A DNA stretch of 64,000 nt from an uncultured Planctomycetales bacterium. GTDB lineage: Bacteria; Omnitrophota; Gorgyraeia; Gygaellales; Profunditerraquicolaceae. Location of the stretch: NCBI GenBank assembly GCA_964487475.1, contig CAZAPM010000007.1, forward strand, positions 41,699 to 105,698, read 5' to 3'. Below the pieces are notes generated by a model. It saw only the letters and a list, made by a program, of their open reading frames with translations, did not search any database and was not told where the DNA came from. Positions 8,953 to 18,507 of this stretch are shown in pieces. A program made the position numbers and the translations under genes. The stretch's first letter is position 1. Each line of letters starts with the position of its first letter.

Positions 8953-10572
8953 TTGACAGTCACCGGCGCGCTCATGGGCGCGCTTTTTTTCTGTGCGGTC
9001 TTCGGCACCGCGCTTCTCGATCCCGCCTACACGGACTGGCTGATGCTCACCGACGATCCTGCGCTGCAGTACCTCGGCGCGAAGTTCTTCGCCTCTACTC
9101 CCTGGCATCTCCCCCCGGGGATCATTCCCGAATACGGCGCGCCGGCCGGTACCGCGGTCAGTTATACCGATTCCTTACCCTGGCTGGCCTTTATGCATAA
9201 GGCTCTGCGCGCGCATGTCCCCCCGTCATTCCAGTATTTCGGCTGGTGGGTCCTGTGCTGTTATTGTGCGCAGGGCGCGCTGGCCATGGCGCTGCTGGCG
9301 CGCCTGGGAGCGCGCGGGGTATCCCGCGTTGCCGGGGCATTCCTGCTGATCTCTTCTCCGGTGCTGCTCTGGAGGTGGGACCTGCAGCATCATGCGCTTA
9401 TGGGGCAATGGGTGCTGCTTGCGGCAGCCTGGCTTTATCTGCAGCCGCGTCATCGGGTAGTGCGCTGGACCATATTGCTGGCTTTGTGCGCAGGGATTAA
9501 TTTCTATCTGCTGGCTATGGTCATGGCGTTCCTGGCCGCGGATATGCTGCGCCGGTTCGTTCGCGACGGCCGTGCCGGCGTTCCTTTCCTGCTTCGCGCC
9601 GCAGGTTGTTATGCCGTGGCTACGGGCGTATGCATGTGGCTGACGGGATATTTCAGCGTGCCGGGGATCACCTTGGGCCGCTGGGGGTTCGGAGTCTATT
9701 CCGCGAATGCCGCATCCCTTGTCGATCCCGTCGGCACTTCGCTTTTCTTCCGTTGGCAGGCCGCAGGGGGAGGGCAGTACGAAGGGTACGGGTATCTGGG
9801 GTTAGGGATGATCTTTTGCGTGTGTTTCGCGCTTGCCGTTCCTTCATCCGCGGCCGCGCTTAAGAAAGTTTTGCGCGCACACTGGCCTCTGGCATTGTCT
9901 GCCGCGTTCTGCGGAATATTTTCATTGAGCAATGAAATATATTTTGGTAATCTGTTGCTGTTGCGCTGGAACGTGGTTCCCTGGGCCTCCTGGTTGACGG
10001 AGGTGCTCAGGGCCAGCGGCAGGTTCATCTGGGTGCCGTATTATTGTATCTTTATCGGGGCTTTCGCGCTGCTGCTGCGTACCCGCGCGCGTAAGGCCGT
10101 TGCCGGCATCATGCTGGCAGCAGCTTTCTTGCAGGCAGCGGACTTTTCCTGGTGGTGGATGTTCGGGGTCAGGCCGCAGGCTTCGGTGCGCAGGGTGTGG
10201 AAAAACTCACTGCAGGATCCCCGCTGGCAGGAATGGGGAAGGCAGTATGCGCGGATGGTGGTCCTGCCTTTTTGCGCCGAGCCTTTCTGGGATGTTTCCT
10301 GCACGATGCCGGCGAAGGACCTGATCGCTTTTGCCGCGGACCACGGCCTGGCGATCAATATTTCGGCGGCCGGCAGGAGCAGCGGCCGGCAGGAGCAGCT
10401 GATGCGGCAGGAGGAGCTTGATCTTTCCCGGGGGCAGGTGCGCCGGGACGCGTTGTACGTGCTGGATGAGGCTTTTGCCAGGGGGGTGCCCCAGGATCTC
10501 GGCGAGATGGTCGCAGTTGACGGGGTAACGGTGCTCTTGCCCGTGAAGCACCGCAGGGGAGTTAATGACTGA
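8953..10572 (+). CDS. Large polytopic membrane protein of unknown function (539 aa, at least 10 TM; GT-C-like or DUF)
   Basis: Continuous hydrophobic helices, a W/Y-rich periplasmic loop and a C-terminal soluble region. Sits immediately after the PEP-CTERM gene. Confidence 0.55.
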   Translation: MTVTGALMGALFFCAVFGTALLDPAYTDWLMLTDDPALQYLGAKFFASTPWHLPPGIIPEYGAPAGTAVSYTDSLPWLAFMHKALRAHVPPSFQYFGWWVLCCYCAQGALAMALLARLGARGVSRVAGAFLLISSPVLLWRWDLQHHALMGQWVLLAAAWLYLQPRHRVVRWTILLALCAGINFYLLAMVMAFLAADMLRRFVRDGRAGVPFLLRAAGCYAVATGVCMWLTGYFSVPGITLGRWGFGVYSANAASLVDPVGTSLFFRWQAAGGGQYEGYGYLGLGMIFCVCFALAVPSSAAALKKVLRAHWPLALSAAFCGIFSLSNEIYFGNLLLLRWNVVPWASWLTEVLRASGRFIWVPYYCIFIGAFALLLRTRARKAVAGIMLAAAFLQAADFSWWWMFGVRPQASVRRVWKNSLQDPRWQEWGRQYARMVVLPFCAEPFWDVSCTMPAKDLIAFAADHGLAINISAAGRSSGRQEQLMRQEELDLSRGQVRRDALYVLDEAFARGVPQDLGEMVAVDGVTVLLPVKHRRGVND

Positions 10573-12394
10573 TATGTCCGCAGTGTCCGTGGGAGATAAT
10601 GTTCTTCGCCGGAGATTCCCGGCAGTTACCGCCTTGCTGATCGGGGCCAACGTTCTGGTTTTCGGCGCGGCGGTCCTGTTCCCCTGGTATCCCGAACCAT
10701 CCGCGGTGCTGGGTTTCATCCCCCGCCAGGCGGCGCTCTATACGCTTTTTACCAGTGCATTCCTGCACGCGGGCTTCCTGCATCTGTTGTTCAATATGTG
10801 GTTCCTTTTCCTTTTCGGTGATCATGTCGAGGATGCGCTGGGCCGGGCTTTTTTTGCCGGGTTCTACGTCTGCGGCGCGGTCTTTGCCGCGCTGGTGCAT
10901 ATGCTTATCGTGGCGGAGGCGGCCAGGGATATCCCCTTTATCGGGGCCGGCGGTGCGATCGGCGCGGTCATGGGCGGGTACGCCGTGCTCTTTCCCCGTG
11001 CCAGGATCAACTGCCTCTGGAGGTTCGGGGTACAAAATGTCGGCGCGCCCATTTTATTCGCGCTTTGGTTCGTGGTCCAGCTGGCGTACGGCGAACACAT
11101 CGGCGGGTTCCTTTTCGGCGCGGTCTTTATCTGGATGATGAAACGCAGCGGCTTCATCGTGGTCAGCGAGCCGCCGGCCCTTAAGGCGCCTCAGGATGCG
11201 GGGAGCGGGGAGCAGCAGCCGGGCCAGAGCGAATTCTATGAGCGTAAGCTGCGTATCGAGCGTCTGTGGAGGGAAGGCAGCAGCGAAGAGGCTCTGGAGG
11301 CGTATGCCCAGTTCGAGGCGGCAGGCCTGCCCAGGGCGTGCGAGGCGCAGGTGCAAAAAGAGATCGGCGATGCCCTGGCAGCCAGGGGGAACACTCCGCT
11401 GGCGCTTCAGGCGTATACCAGATTCCTCGCGGAGTATCCGCGGGACCTGCTGGTCCCCGAGGTCAAATGCCGGATGGGGCTGTTACTGTATCCTTTGCCG
11501 CATGCGTTATGGAGAGCGGTCGGTTTTCTCTGCGAGGGGATGCGCAGCTGCCGGAATATCCCCCCTGAGATCTGCCAGAAGGCTTCCGTATCCCTGGATG
11601 CCTTGCAGGCGGTAGTACGCAGCAGCAATCAGCGGGTACAGGAGGAGGTCACCGATAAGGCGAAATACGCGCTGTACGCGCTCGATCCGGACGATCCTCT
11701 GGTCGATGAGGCCCGTCTCTTCGATGCCTTCCTGCTGTTGGACCGTTTCAGAGTGGGCGCGAACTTCGCGGTTTCGGGGAGCCTGGGCACCCGGCTGGCC
11801 TATAAACTCAAGTATTCTATGTCCCGGAACAAGGGGCTGATCCTGCGCGGGCTTTCCGGGGAGGAGGCGGCGGTGGCGCTGAAGAGGCTCGAATCATTCG
11901 GTATTTTGACCGCGCTCGTGCCCGAACATCTCCTGCACGGTTATCTGCCGGTACGGTACGTCCGGCAGGCAGTGCTGCTTCCTGCCGGGGTCGCGTTCGA
12001 TAAGGAGGAAGGCGGGGAGCGGATCAGCGTGCACATCTCCGCGATCAGGCTGGTGTGCGCCGGAGAGGTCCTGGACGGTGCTTTGCTCGCCCGCAGTCCC
12101 GCGGCCGGGGTTTCGGTGCTCATCGACGTGTTTACCGATGCCGGGGAAAGGCTGCGTATGGCAGGTTCTTCCTGCGTGTTCGTGCGCGAAGGAGCGGGTT
12201 TCGCCGGCGCGCAGACGATCCCGGTCGAGGTCTTTATCGAGGAGTTCGCCGCCCGGCTGGGGCCGGGAGTGCGCGAGGCGTTAGCTTGTCACCGTTCTCT
12301 CGCGGAATACGAGCGGGCAGTGCAGGCGAGCCTCAACCGTTTGTCGGTATTCTCCCTCTTCGACGAGATGGCGATTTCCGGAGGGGCGGGATGA
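10565..12394 (+). CDS. Rhomboid-family membrane domain with Ser-to-Gly at the catalytic position, fused to a TPR-like cytoplasmic region of about 430 aa
   Basis: It carries the TM2 H..N motif (FLHAGFLHLLFNMWF) and the TM6 His (EHIGGFLFG, H178). In TM4 it reads IGAGGAIGAVMGGY where GlpG has G-L-S-G-V-V-Y-A-L-M-G-Y, and codon 129 is GGC. Confidence 0.75.
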   Translation: MTDMSAVSVGDNVLRRRFPAVTALLIGANVLVFGAAVLFPWYPEPSAVLGFIPRQAALYTLFTSAFLHAGFLHLLFNMWFLFLFGDHVEDALGRAFFAGFYVCGAVFAALVHMLIVAEAARDIPFIGAGGAIGAVMGGYAVLFPRARINCLWRFGVQNVGAPILFALWFVVQLAYGEHIGGFLFGAVFIWMMKRSGFIVVSEPPALKAPQDAGSGEQQPGQSEFYERKLRIERLWREGSSEEALEAYAQFEAAGLPRACEAQVQKEIGDALAARGNTPLALQAYTRFLAEYPRDLLVPEVKCRMGLLLYPLPHALWRAVGFLCEGMRSCRNIPPEICQKASVSLDALQAVVRSSNQRVQEEVTDKAKYALYALDPDDPLVDEARLFDAFLLLDRFRVGANFAVSGSLGTRLAYKLKYSMSRNKGLILRGLSGEEAAVALKRLESFGILTALVPEHLLHGYLPVRYVRQAVLLPAGVAFDKEEGGERISVHISAIRLVCAGEVLDGALLARSPAAGVSVLIDVFTDAGERLRMAGSSCVFVREGAGFAGAQTIPVEVFIEEFAARLGPGVREALACHRSLAEYERAVQASLNRLSVFSLFDEMAISGGAG

Positions 12395-13350
12395 AACAAA
12401 AGGTGCAGCGTGCCTGGCAATCCTTCCGCGTGGCCAGGGGAAGTACCGTGATCGCGGGAGTTTCCGGCGGTCCGGATTCCGTGGCGCTTCTGCATTGCCT
12501 TTCCGGGCTTTGCGGCTGGGCCGGTATCTCCCTGGTGGCGGCGCATTTCAACCACGGGGCGAGAAAGGCCGCGGCGCGTGACGAGAGGTTCGTGCGGGAA
12601 CTGGCGCGCACGCTCGGGATCCCTTTCGTCTGCGGCCGCAGGAGCGCGGCAGGGGGAAGGAAGGCCGGGGTTTCCGAGCAGGAGTGGCGCGAGGAACGGA
12701 TGCGTTTTTTCGTGCGCATCGCGCGCGCCCGCAAGGCCGCGGGGGTGGCGCTCGCGCATACCCTGGACGATCAGGCGGAGACCGTGCTCATGCGTATCAT
12801 CCGTGGGACTGGCCTCTACGGTCTGTCGGCGATCGCTCCGAAACGCCAGCTGCACGGGGTGTGGTTCTTCCGGCCGATGCTGAAGGTGACCAAGCAGGAG
12901 GTGCGGGGGTACCTTCGGGCCCGGCGCCTTGCCTGCTGCGTCGATGAGAGCAATGCCGAAGAACGTTTCCTGCGTAACCGTCTTCGCCTGCATTTGATCC
13001 CTCTTCTGGAGCGGCGGTACAATCCGGCGGTGAAGGAGGCGTTAAGCGGTCTCGCGCAGACAGCTGCCGACGATATCGATTACCTGGAGCGCGCATCCTG
13101 CCGCGGCCGCGGTACGGGAGGGAGGCTGGATACGCTCTCCTTGCGCCGGATGCATCCGTCCTTGCGCAGGCTGCGGCTGCGCCGCGCCATCGCCCTCGCC
13201 CAGGGGAGCACCCGCCGTATCACGCTGCAGCATCTCTATGAGCTTGAGGATCTCGCGCTCTCCCGGCCCGACGGGTCCCTGGTGCATCTGCCGCAGGGCC
13301 TCGTGGCGCGTCTTTCCAAGGGCCGCATCACCTTCCGTACCGTTGCGTGA
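12391..13350 (+). CDS. tilS: tRNA(Ile)-lysidine synthetase
   Basis: Internal Met 113 of ORF 12055. SGGPDS PP-loop. About 319 aa. ATGA overlap with the upstream stop. tilS-ftsH synteny. Confidence 0.85.
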   Translation: MKQKVQRAWQSFRVARGSTVIAGVSGGPDSVALLHCLSGLCGWAGISLVAAHFNHGARKAAARDERFVRELARTLGIPFVCGRRSAAGGRKAGVSEQEWREERMRFFVRIARARKAAGVALAHTLDDQAETVLMRIIRGTGLYGLSAIAPKRQLHGVWFFRPMLKVTKQEVRGYLRARRLACCVDESNAEERFLRNRLRLHLIPLLERRYNPAVKEALSGLAQTAADDIDYLERASCRGRGTGGRLDTLSLRRMHPSLRRLRLRRAIALAQGSTRRITLQHLYELEDLALSRPDGSLVHLPQGLVARLSKGRITFRTVA

Positions 13351-13372
13351 GCGCGTTTCCCGCCGTTTTCCC

Positions 13373-13401
13373 TTGCTTTTGCCATATGCGGGGTGTATAA
13401 T
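13373..13401 (+). promoter_or_regulatory. Putative sigma-70 promoter for ftsH
   Basis: TTGCTT-N17-TATAAT sits 35 nt upstream of the ftsH ATG. RBS AAAAAGGGGAA. Confidence 0.45.
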
Positions 13402-13436
13402 CGGGTGTTCTAATCCACAAATAAAAAGGGGAACTT

Positions 13437-15293
13437 ATGGCATCCAATAAGCTGTCCAACAATAAAAAGAACAACGCGCTCAAGCGCTTTCCTTTCGGGT
13501 GGTTAAGCATAATCTTCCTGGTGTATTTCCTGCTGAGCCTGGTCAATGTCCCCACCGCCGGGATACCCCGCGAGATATCCTATTCGGAGTTTTACGGGTA
13601 CGTGAAGACGCCGGGTAAGGTCAAGTCCCTGGCCAAGGTGGAGACCGTGCTTAACGGCGAACTCGAGAACGGTACGAAGTTCTACCTGAACATACCCGAG
13701 AACGACCCGGAACTGCTTTCCCTGATCAAGCAGAACGTGGCCAGTTTCAAGGTGCAGCCTCCGCGCACCATGTGGGCCAACCTGTTCTATTCCCTCGGGC
13801 CGGTCATACTCCTTATCGTGTTCTGGCTCTGGATGGCCAACCGCGGCGAGCAGATCGGCAACCGCATCATGACCTTCGGCAAGGTGCGTACGAAGATGCA
13901 CAGCGAGAAGGACGGGGAAAAGGCCACCTTCAACGACGTGGCAGGGGTGGATGAGGCCAAGGAGGAACTGCAGGAGGTCATCGAGTTCCTGAAGGACCCC
14001 AAAAAATTCCAGAAGCTCGGCGGGAAGATCCCCAAGGGAGTGCTGCTGGTGGGCCCTCCGGGGTGCGGCAAGACCCTGATCGCGCGCGCAGTGGCCGGGG
14101 AAGCCGGGGTGCCTTTCTTTTCCCTTTCCGGATCGGATTTCGTGGAGATGTTCGTAGGGGTGGGCGCCAGCCGGGTGCGCGACCTTTTTGAGCAGGGCAG
14201 GCGCGCGGCCAAGACCTCGGGTAAGGGCTCGATCATTTTTATCGACGAGATCGACGCGGTGGGCCGTCTGCGTTTTTCCGGGATCGGGGGAGGGCACGAC
14301 GAACGCGAGCAGACCCTGAATGCGCTGCTGGTGGAAATGGACGGCTTCGACGCGGGACAGGGGATCATCCTTATTGCCGCCACGAACCGGCCGGATACCC
14401 TTGACCCGGCGCTGATGCGCCCGGGAAGGTTCGACCGTCAGATCGTGGTCAACCTGCCGGACATCAAAGGCCGCGAAGAGATCCTGAAAGTGCATTCCCG
14501 TAAACTTAAACTGAGCACCGAGGCGGATATGAAATCAATCGCTTCCCAGACCCCCGGATTTTCCGGTGCCGACCTGGCCAATCTTTGCAACGAAGCCGCG
14601 CTTCTGGCGGCGCGCAAGGATAAGGAGGTCATCGAGCAGAGCGATTTCGAGCGTTCGGTGGAACGCGTGCTGATGGGGCCGGAGAAGAAGAGCCACATCA
14701 TGTCCAAAAAGGAAAAGGAGATCACCGCGCTGCACGAGTCGGGACATTCGCTGCTGTCTTTGCTGTTGCCCGAGGTCAACCCTTTGAAGAAGGTCTCCAT
14801 CATCCCGCGCGGTTTGGCCGGCGGGTATACCTTCACTCCTCCCGTGGAGGACCGGCACTACTGGACCCGTTCGCAGCTGATCCAGGAGATCACCATGATG
14901 CTGGGCGGGCGCGCCGCCGAGGATATCGTGCTCAGGGAGGTCACCACCGGAGCGCAGAACGACCTGGAGCAGGCCACGCACATGGCCAGGCGCATGGTCA
15001 CGCAGTTCGGGATGTCCGAGAAGCTCGGGCACATGACCCTGGGCAAGCGCGAAGGGCTGGTCTTCCTCGGCCGGGATATCGTCGAAGAACGCAATTACAG
15101 CGAGGCGACCGCCAAGCTTATCGACGAGGAAGTGAAATCGATCGTGGATGCGGCGTACCGCAGGGCTTTGGAAGTGCTTTCGGGCGAGATCGATAAGCTC
15201 AAGAAGCTCTCCGCCGCGCTGCTGGAAAAAGAAGTGCTTGACGGTGAAGAGGTCAAGCGGCTCTTAGATATCCAGAAAACCGATATTATCTGA
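13437..15293 (+). CDS. ftsH: ATP-dependent zinc metalloprotease FtsH
   Basis: GPPGCGKT Walker A, second region of homology, HESGH zinc motif and N-terminal TM. Confidence 0.95.
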   Translation: MASNKLSNNKKNNALKRFPFGWLSIIFLVYFLLSLVNVPTAGIPREISYSEFYGYVKTPGKVKSLAKVETVLNGELENGTKFYLNIPENDPELLSLIKQNVASFKVQPPRTMWANLFYSLGPVILLIVFWLWMANRGEQIGNRIMTFGKVRTKMHSEKDGEKATFNDVAGVDEAKEELQEVIEFLKDPKKFQKLGGKIPKGVLLVGPPGCGKTLIARAVAGEAGVPFFSLSGSDFVEMFVGVGASRVRDLFEQGRRAAKTSGKGSIIFIDEIDAVGRLRFSGIGGGHDEREQTLNALLVEMDGFDAGQGIILIAATNRPDTLDPALMRPGRFDRQIVVNLPDIKGREEILKVHSRKLKLSTEADMKSIASQTPGFSGADLANLCNEAALLAARKDKEVIEQSDFERSVERVLMGPEKKSHIMSKKEKEITALHESGHSLLSLLLPEVNPLKKVSIIPRGLAGGYTFTPPVEDRHYWTRSQLIQEITMMLGGRAAEDIVLREVTTGAQNDLEQATHMARRMVTQFGMSEKLGHMTLGKREGLVFLGRDIVEERNYSEATAKLIDEEVKSIVDAAYRRALEVLSGEIDKLKKLSAALLEKEVLDGEEVKRLLDIQKTDII

Positions 15294-15301
15294 CCTGCCG
15301 T

Positions 15302-16531
15302 ATGCACCAGGCGTTGACCGTACTAGAGGCTGATACTCCCCAGGCGCTCGCAGCCGCGATGCGCGGCATGGGGGTCGATCCGTACGGTATCCGTCTGATG
15401 GTGCCCAAAGCGCAATCCCGCCTGATCCTGTTAAGGAAACTCAAGCCTATCTGCGCCAATATCATCAAGCAGGAGATGCTTTCCTTCGGAGGGGACGCGG
15501 CGGTGGCGCGCGGCGCGCTCACCGGATCGGTGGCGCATACGGACTGCCTGATCATGGGCACTGCCGAGCAGTACCGGCGTCTGGCCGCGAAACTCACCCG
15601 GCAGCCTTTCGGGCTCTCCGGGATCTCCTCTGATCTGCGCGATTTTCTGGCAGGCCTGGAACGGCGCACGTTCACTGTCTCCGCCTGTGCCCGTACGCTG
15701 CGCCTGGGCCCGGGTACGGGGATCATGGGGATCGTCAACGTGACCCCCGATTCTTTCAGCGGCGACGGATTATGTGCTTCGTCATGCCGGGGAGCCGGCG
15801 TCGTGGAAGCGGCCGTGGAAAAGGCCAGGGAGATGGTCCGCCTTGGTGCGCGCATCATCGATGTGGGAGGGGAGTCTACCCGTCCCGGCGCGCCTTCCGT
15901 GAGCCTGAAGGAGGAGCTTTCCCGTACCGTGCCGGTGGTCAGGGCGCTGGCCAAAACCCTTAAAGTACCGATCTCTATCGATACCAGCAAGCCCCGGGTG
16001 GCGGAAGCCGCGCTGGACCAGGGGGCATGCATCGTCAACGATATCACCGGGCTGCGCAACCCCGAGATGATCAAAGTGGCTTCCCGCGCAAAAGCCGGGG
16101 TGATCATCATGCATATGCGGGGGACGGTGCGCACCATGCAGAAGGATCCGCACTACGGATCGGTGGTGGACGAGGTACTGTTGTTCCTCTCCCGCAGGAT
16201 GGAGCAGGCCAGGGATGCGGGGATCTCGGGCGCATCGATCATGATCGATCCCGGCATCGGCATCGCCTTCGGCAAGACCGCGGCGCACAACTTCTCCCTG
16301 TTGAAGCATCTGCGGACCTTTACCGGGATGGGAGTCCCCGTGGTGGTGGGTCCGTCGAGAAAATCGTTCATCGGCACAACGCTGAACCTGGGCCCGGAGC
16401 AAAGGGTGTACGGCACCGTGGCCGCGTCACTGGAGGCTGCCCGCAGGGGCGCGGCGCTGGTGAGGGTTCACGATGTCGCGGCCGTCAGTCAGGCTTTGCG
16501 CATCGCAACCGAAGTGGAGCAGGCGCTATGA
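15302..16531 (+). CDS. folP: Dihydropteroate synthase with an N-terminal extension of about 135 aa of unknown function
   Basis: GIMGIVNVTPDSFSGDG and later DHPS motifs begin near residue 140. 409 aa total, whereas DHPS alone is about 280 aa. Confidence 0.85.
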   Translation: MHQALTVLEADTPQALAAAMRGMGVDPYGIRLMVPKAQSRLILLRKLKPICANIIKQEMLSFGGDAAVARGALTGSVAHTDCLIMGTAEQYRRLAAKLTRQPFGLSGISSDLRDFLAGLERRTFTVSACARTLRLGPGTGIMGIVNVTPDSFSGDGLCASSCRGAGVVEAAVEKAREMVRLGARIIDVGGESTRPGAPSVSLKEELSRTVPVVRALAKTLKVPISIDTSKPRVAEAALDQGACIVNDITGLRNPEMIKVASRAKAGVIIMHMRGTVRTMQKDPHYGSVVDEVLLFLSRRMEQARDAGISGASIMIDPGIGIAFGKTAAHNFSLLKHLRTFTGMGVPVVVGPSRKSFIGTTLNLGPEQRVYGTVAASLEAARRGAALVRVHDVAAVSQALRIATEVEQAL

Positions 16532-17289
16532 CCTTGGAGATACTGCTGGCGTACTGGAAGCCGGTCCTCGAGATCGCCATCCTCTGGATGATCATTTATC
16601 ATGTCATGCTTTTCTTCGAGGGCACCAGGGCTTTTTCCGTGCTCCGGGGGATCGTGATGATCCTGTTGGCGTTCTTCTTTTTCCAGCGTTTCGATTTCGT
16701 GGTGCTCGACTGGATACTGACGAAGATGTTCGCGGTCTCCGTATTGGGTATCCTGGTCATTTTCCACCCCGAGATCCGTCAGGGGCTGGCCAAGCTCGGC
16801 CGCCGCCACCTTTTCGAATCCGGATTGAACGAAGAGGAGTTCGAAGTGGTGCTCAAGGAAGTGATCCGGGCGGCGGAGCAGTTGTGCAAGGAGAAGCGGG
16901 GAGCCCTGATCGCGCTGGTCAAGGACGATCCCTTAAGCGAGTACATGGAGACGGGGGTCAGGATGGATGCGGCGGTCAGCGCCGAGCTGATCCAGACGGT
17001 GTTCACTCCCTCCAGCCTGCTGCATGACGGGGGGCTGGTGGTGCAGCGCAACCGCCTGGCGGCAGGAGGATGCCTTTTTCCGCTCACGGATAAACCGGAC
17101 CTGAACCGCATGTTCGGCACCCGGCACCGCGCGGCGCTGGGTTTGAGCGAAGAGACCGATGCCGTGGTGATCGTGGTCTCCGAAGAGCGCCAGGACATGT
17201 CGCTGGTATTCCGGGGAAAGCTGTACAAGGACCTGGCCAAGGAAGACCTGTACGCGAAGATAAAGGAATTCATGAAGGAGCGTAAATAA
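16528..17289 (+). CDS. cdaA: Diadenylate cyclase (c-di-AMP synthase), membrane-anchored CdaA/DacA
   Basis: Internal Met 168 of ORF 16027. Three N-terminal TM helices, then a DisA_N domain (DGGLVV...RHRAALGLSEETDAVVIVVSEE). ATGA overlap with folP. Confidence 0.85.
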   Translation: MTLEILLAYWKPVLEIAILWMIIYHVMLFFEGTRAFSVLRGIVMILLAFFFFQRFDFVVLDWILTKMFAVSVLGILVIFHPEIRQGLAKLGRRHLFESGLNEEEFEVVLKEVIRAAEQLCKEKRGALIALVKDDPLSEYMETGVRMDAAVSAELIQTVFTPSSLLHDGGLVVQRNRLAAGGCLFPLTDKPDLNRMFGTRHRAALGLSEETDAVVIVVSEERQDMSLVFRGKLYKDLAKEDLYAKIKEFMKERK

Positions 17290-17292
17290 GCC

Positions 17293-17433
17293 ATGAGACA
17301 CGCCGAAAAGATCTCCGCACAGAAGCTGCTCCTTTGGGTGACCGATCATCCCTGGCTCAAGCTCATTTCGCTGATCCTTGCGGTGCTGGTGTGGTTCTAT
17401 GTCCGGGGAGAGATCAACCGGTTCAACTACTGA
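17293..17433 (+). pseudogene. 46-codon remnant resembling the N-terminal TM anchor of CdaR/YbbR
   Basis: [46 protein letters not shown] matches the usual YbbR N-terminus (..NWGLKLLSLFLAVLLWFFV..). It occupies the slot of the cdaA regulator and has no YbbR domains. Confidence 0.35.
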
Positions 17434-17434
17434 T

Positions 17435-18148
17435 ATGGTGAGATTGGGAGTCAACATCGATCACGTGGCGACGCTGCGCCAGGCCCGCAAGGGCATGACG
17501 CCGGACCCGGCGCATGCGGCGGCGGTCGCGGAAGCCTCGGGGGCGGATTCCATCGTCGCGCACCTGCGGGAGGACCGCCGGCATATCCAGGACGCCGATA
17601 TCGCTCTGCTGCGCAGATGCGTGCGCACGCGTTTCAATCTGGAGATGTCGGTGGCTCCGGAAATCGTCGAGATAGCCTGTGAGGTCGGTCCTCAGCAGGC
17701 AACGCTCGTGCCTGAGCGCAGGCAGGAGCTGACCACCGAGGGCGGGCTGGACGCGGCGGGAGGAAAGGCTGCGATACGCCGGGCATGCCGGCGCCTGTCG
17801 GACGCCGGGATCGAGGTAAGCTTATTCATCGCTCCCCACCAGCGCCAGATCGCGGCCGCGGCAAAACTCGGGGTGCCGATGATCGAACTGCATACGGGGG
17901 AGTATGCGCAGGCGCGCACCGCTGCGGCGCGCCGGGCCGAGCTTTCCCGTCTCCGGGATGCGGCGCGTTACGCCGCTTCTTTGGGGCTGGAGGTGGCGGC
18001 AGGCCACGGATTGGATTACGAGAACGTGGCTGCGGTCAGGCGTATCCCCCAGATCGTCGAGTACAACATCGGGTATTCCATCATTTGCCGGGCGCTTTTT
18101 TGCGGCCTGGGACGGGCGGTCGCGGAGATGAAGGAGCTGATGGAATGA
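17435..18148 (+). CDS. pdxJ: Pyridoxine 5'-phosphate synthase
   Basis: [20 protein letters not shown]...HLREDRRHI matches the PdxJ TIM-barrel. 237 aa. Confidence 0.9.
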   Translation: MVRLGVNIDHVATLRQARKGMTPDPAHAAAVAEASGADSIVAHLREDRRHIQDADIALLRRCVRTRFNLEMSVAPEIVEIACEVGPQQATLVPERRQELTTEGGLDAAGGKAAIRRACRRLSDAGIEVSLFIAPHQRQIAAAAKLGVPMIELHTGEYAQARTAAARRAELSRLRDAARYAASLGLEVAAGHGLDYENVAAVRRIPQIVEYNIGYSIICRALFCGLGRAVAEMKELME

Positions 18149-18507
18149 TCATAGGAGTGGGCACGGATATCACCGAGGTCAAACGGCTGAAACAGGCGGT
18201 GGAGAAGTGGGGGGATGCGTTCCTGACCAAGATCTTCACCCCGAAAGAGGTTGCGCATGCCAAGACTCGCGGCAGCGTCATGTACCAGCATATGGCCGGA
18301 CGGTTCGCCGCCAAAGAGGCGGTGTACAAGGCGCTGGGGGACAGAGAGGTTTCCTGGAAGGACCTGGAAGTGCTCAATGACGTTCACGGAAAGCCTCATT
18401 GCACGCTGCGCCGCCGCCGGCATGCGCAAAAGCTGCATATCCACCTTTCGATATCCCATGTCAAAAATTATGCGGTTGCCTGCGCAGTGGTCTCGAAGGA
18501 AGCCTGA
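18145..18507 (+). CDS. acpS: Holo-[acyl-carrier-protein] synthase
   Basis: [14 protein letters not shown]... at 120 aa. ATGA overlap with pdxJ. pdxJ-acpS synteny. Confidence 0.85.
   Translation: MIIGVGTDITEVKRLKQAVEKWGDAFLTKIFTPKEVAHAKTRGSVMYQHMAGRFAAKEAVYKALGDREVSWKDLEVLNDVHGKPHCTLRRRRHAQKLHIHLSISHVKNYAVACAVVSKEA

Noticed and set aside
8953-10572. Exosortase (XrtA/EpsH) identity for the membrane protein following the PEP-CTERM gene
   Set aside because: Size and position would fit. However, I could not find exosortase hallmarks such as the conserved N-terminal YSHG-type region or the Cys/Arg catalytic pattern. Left as unknown.
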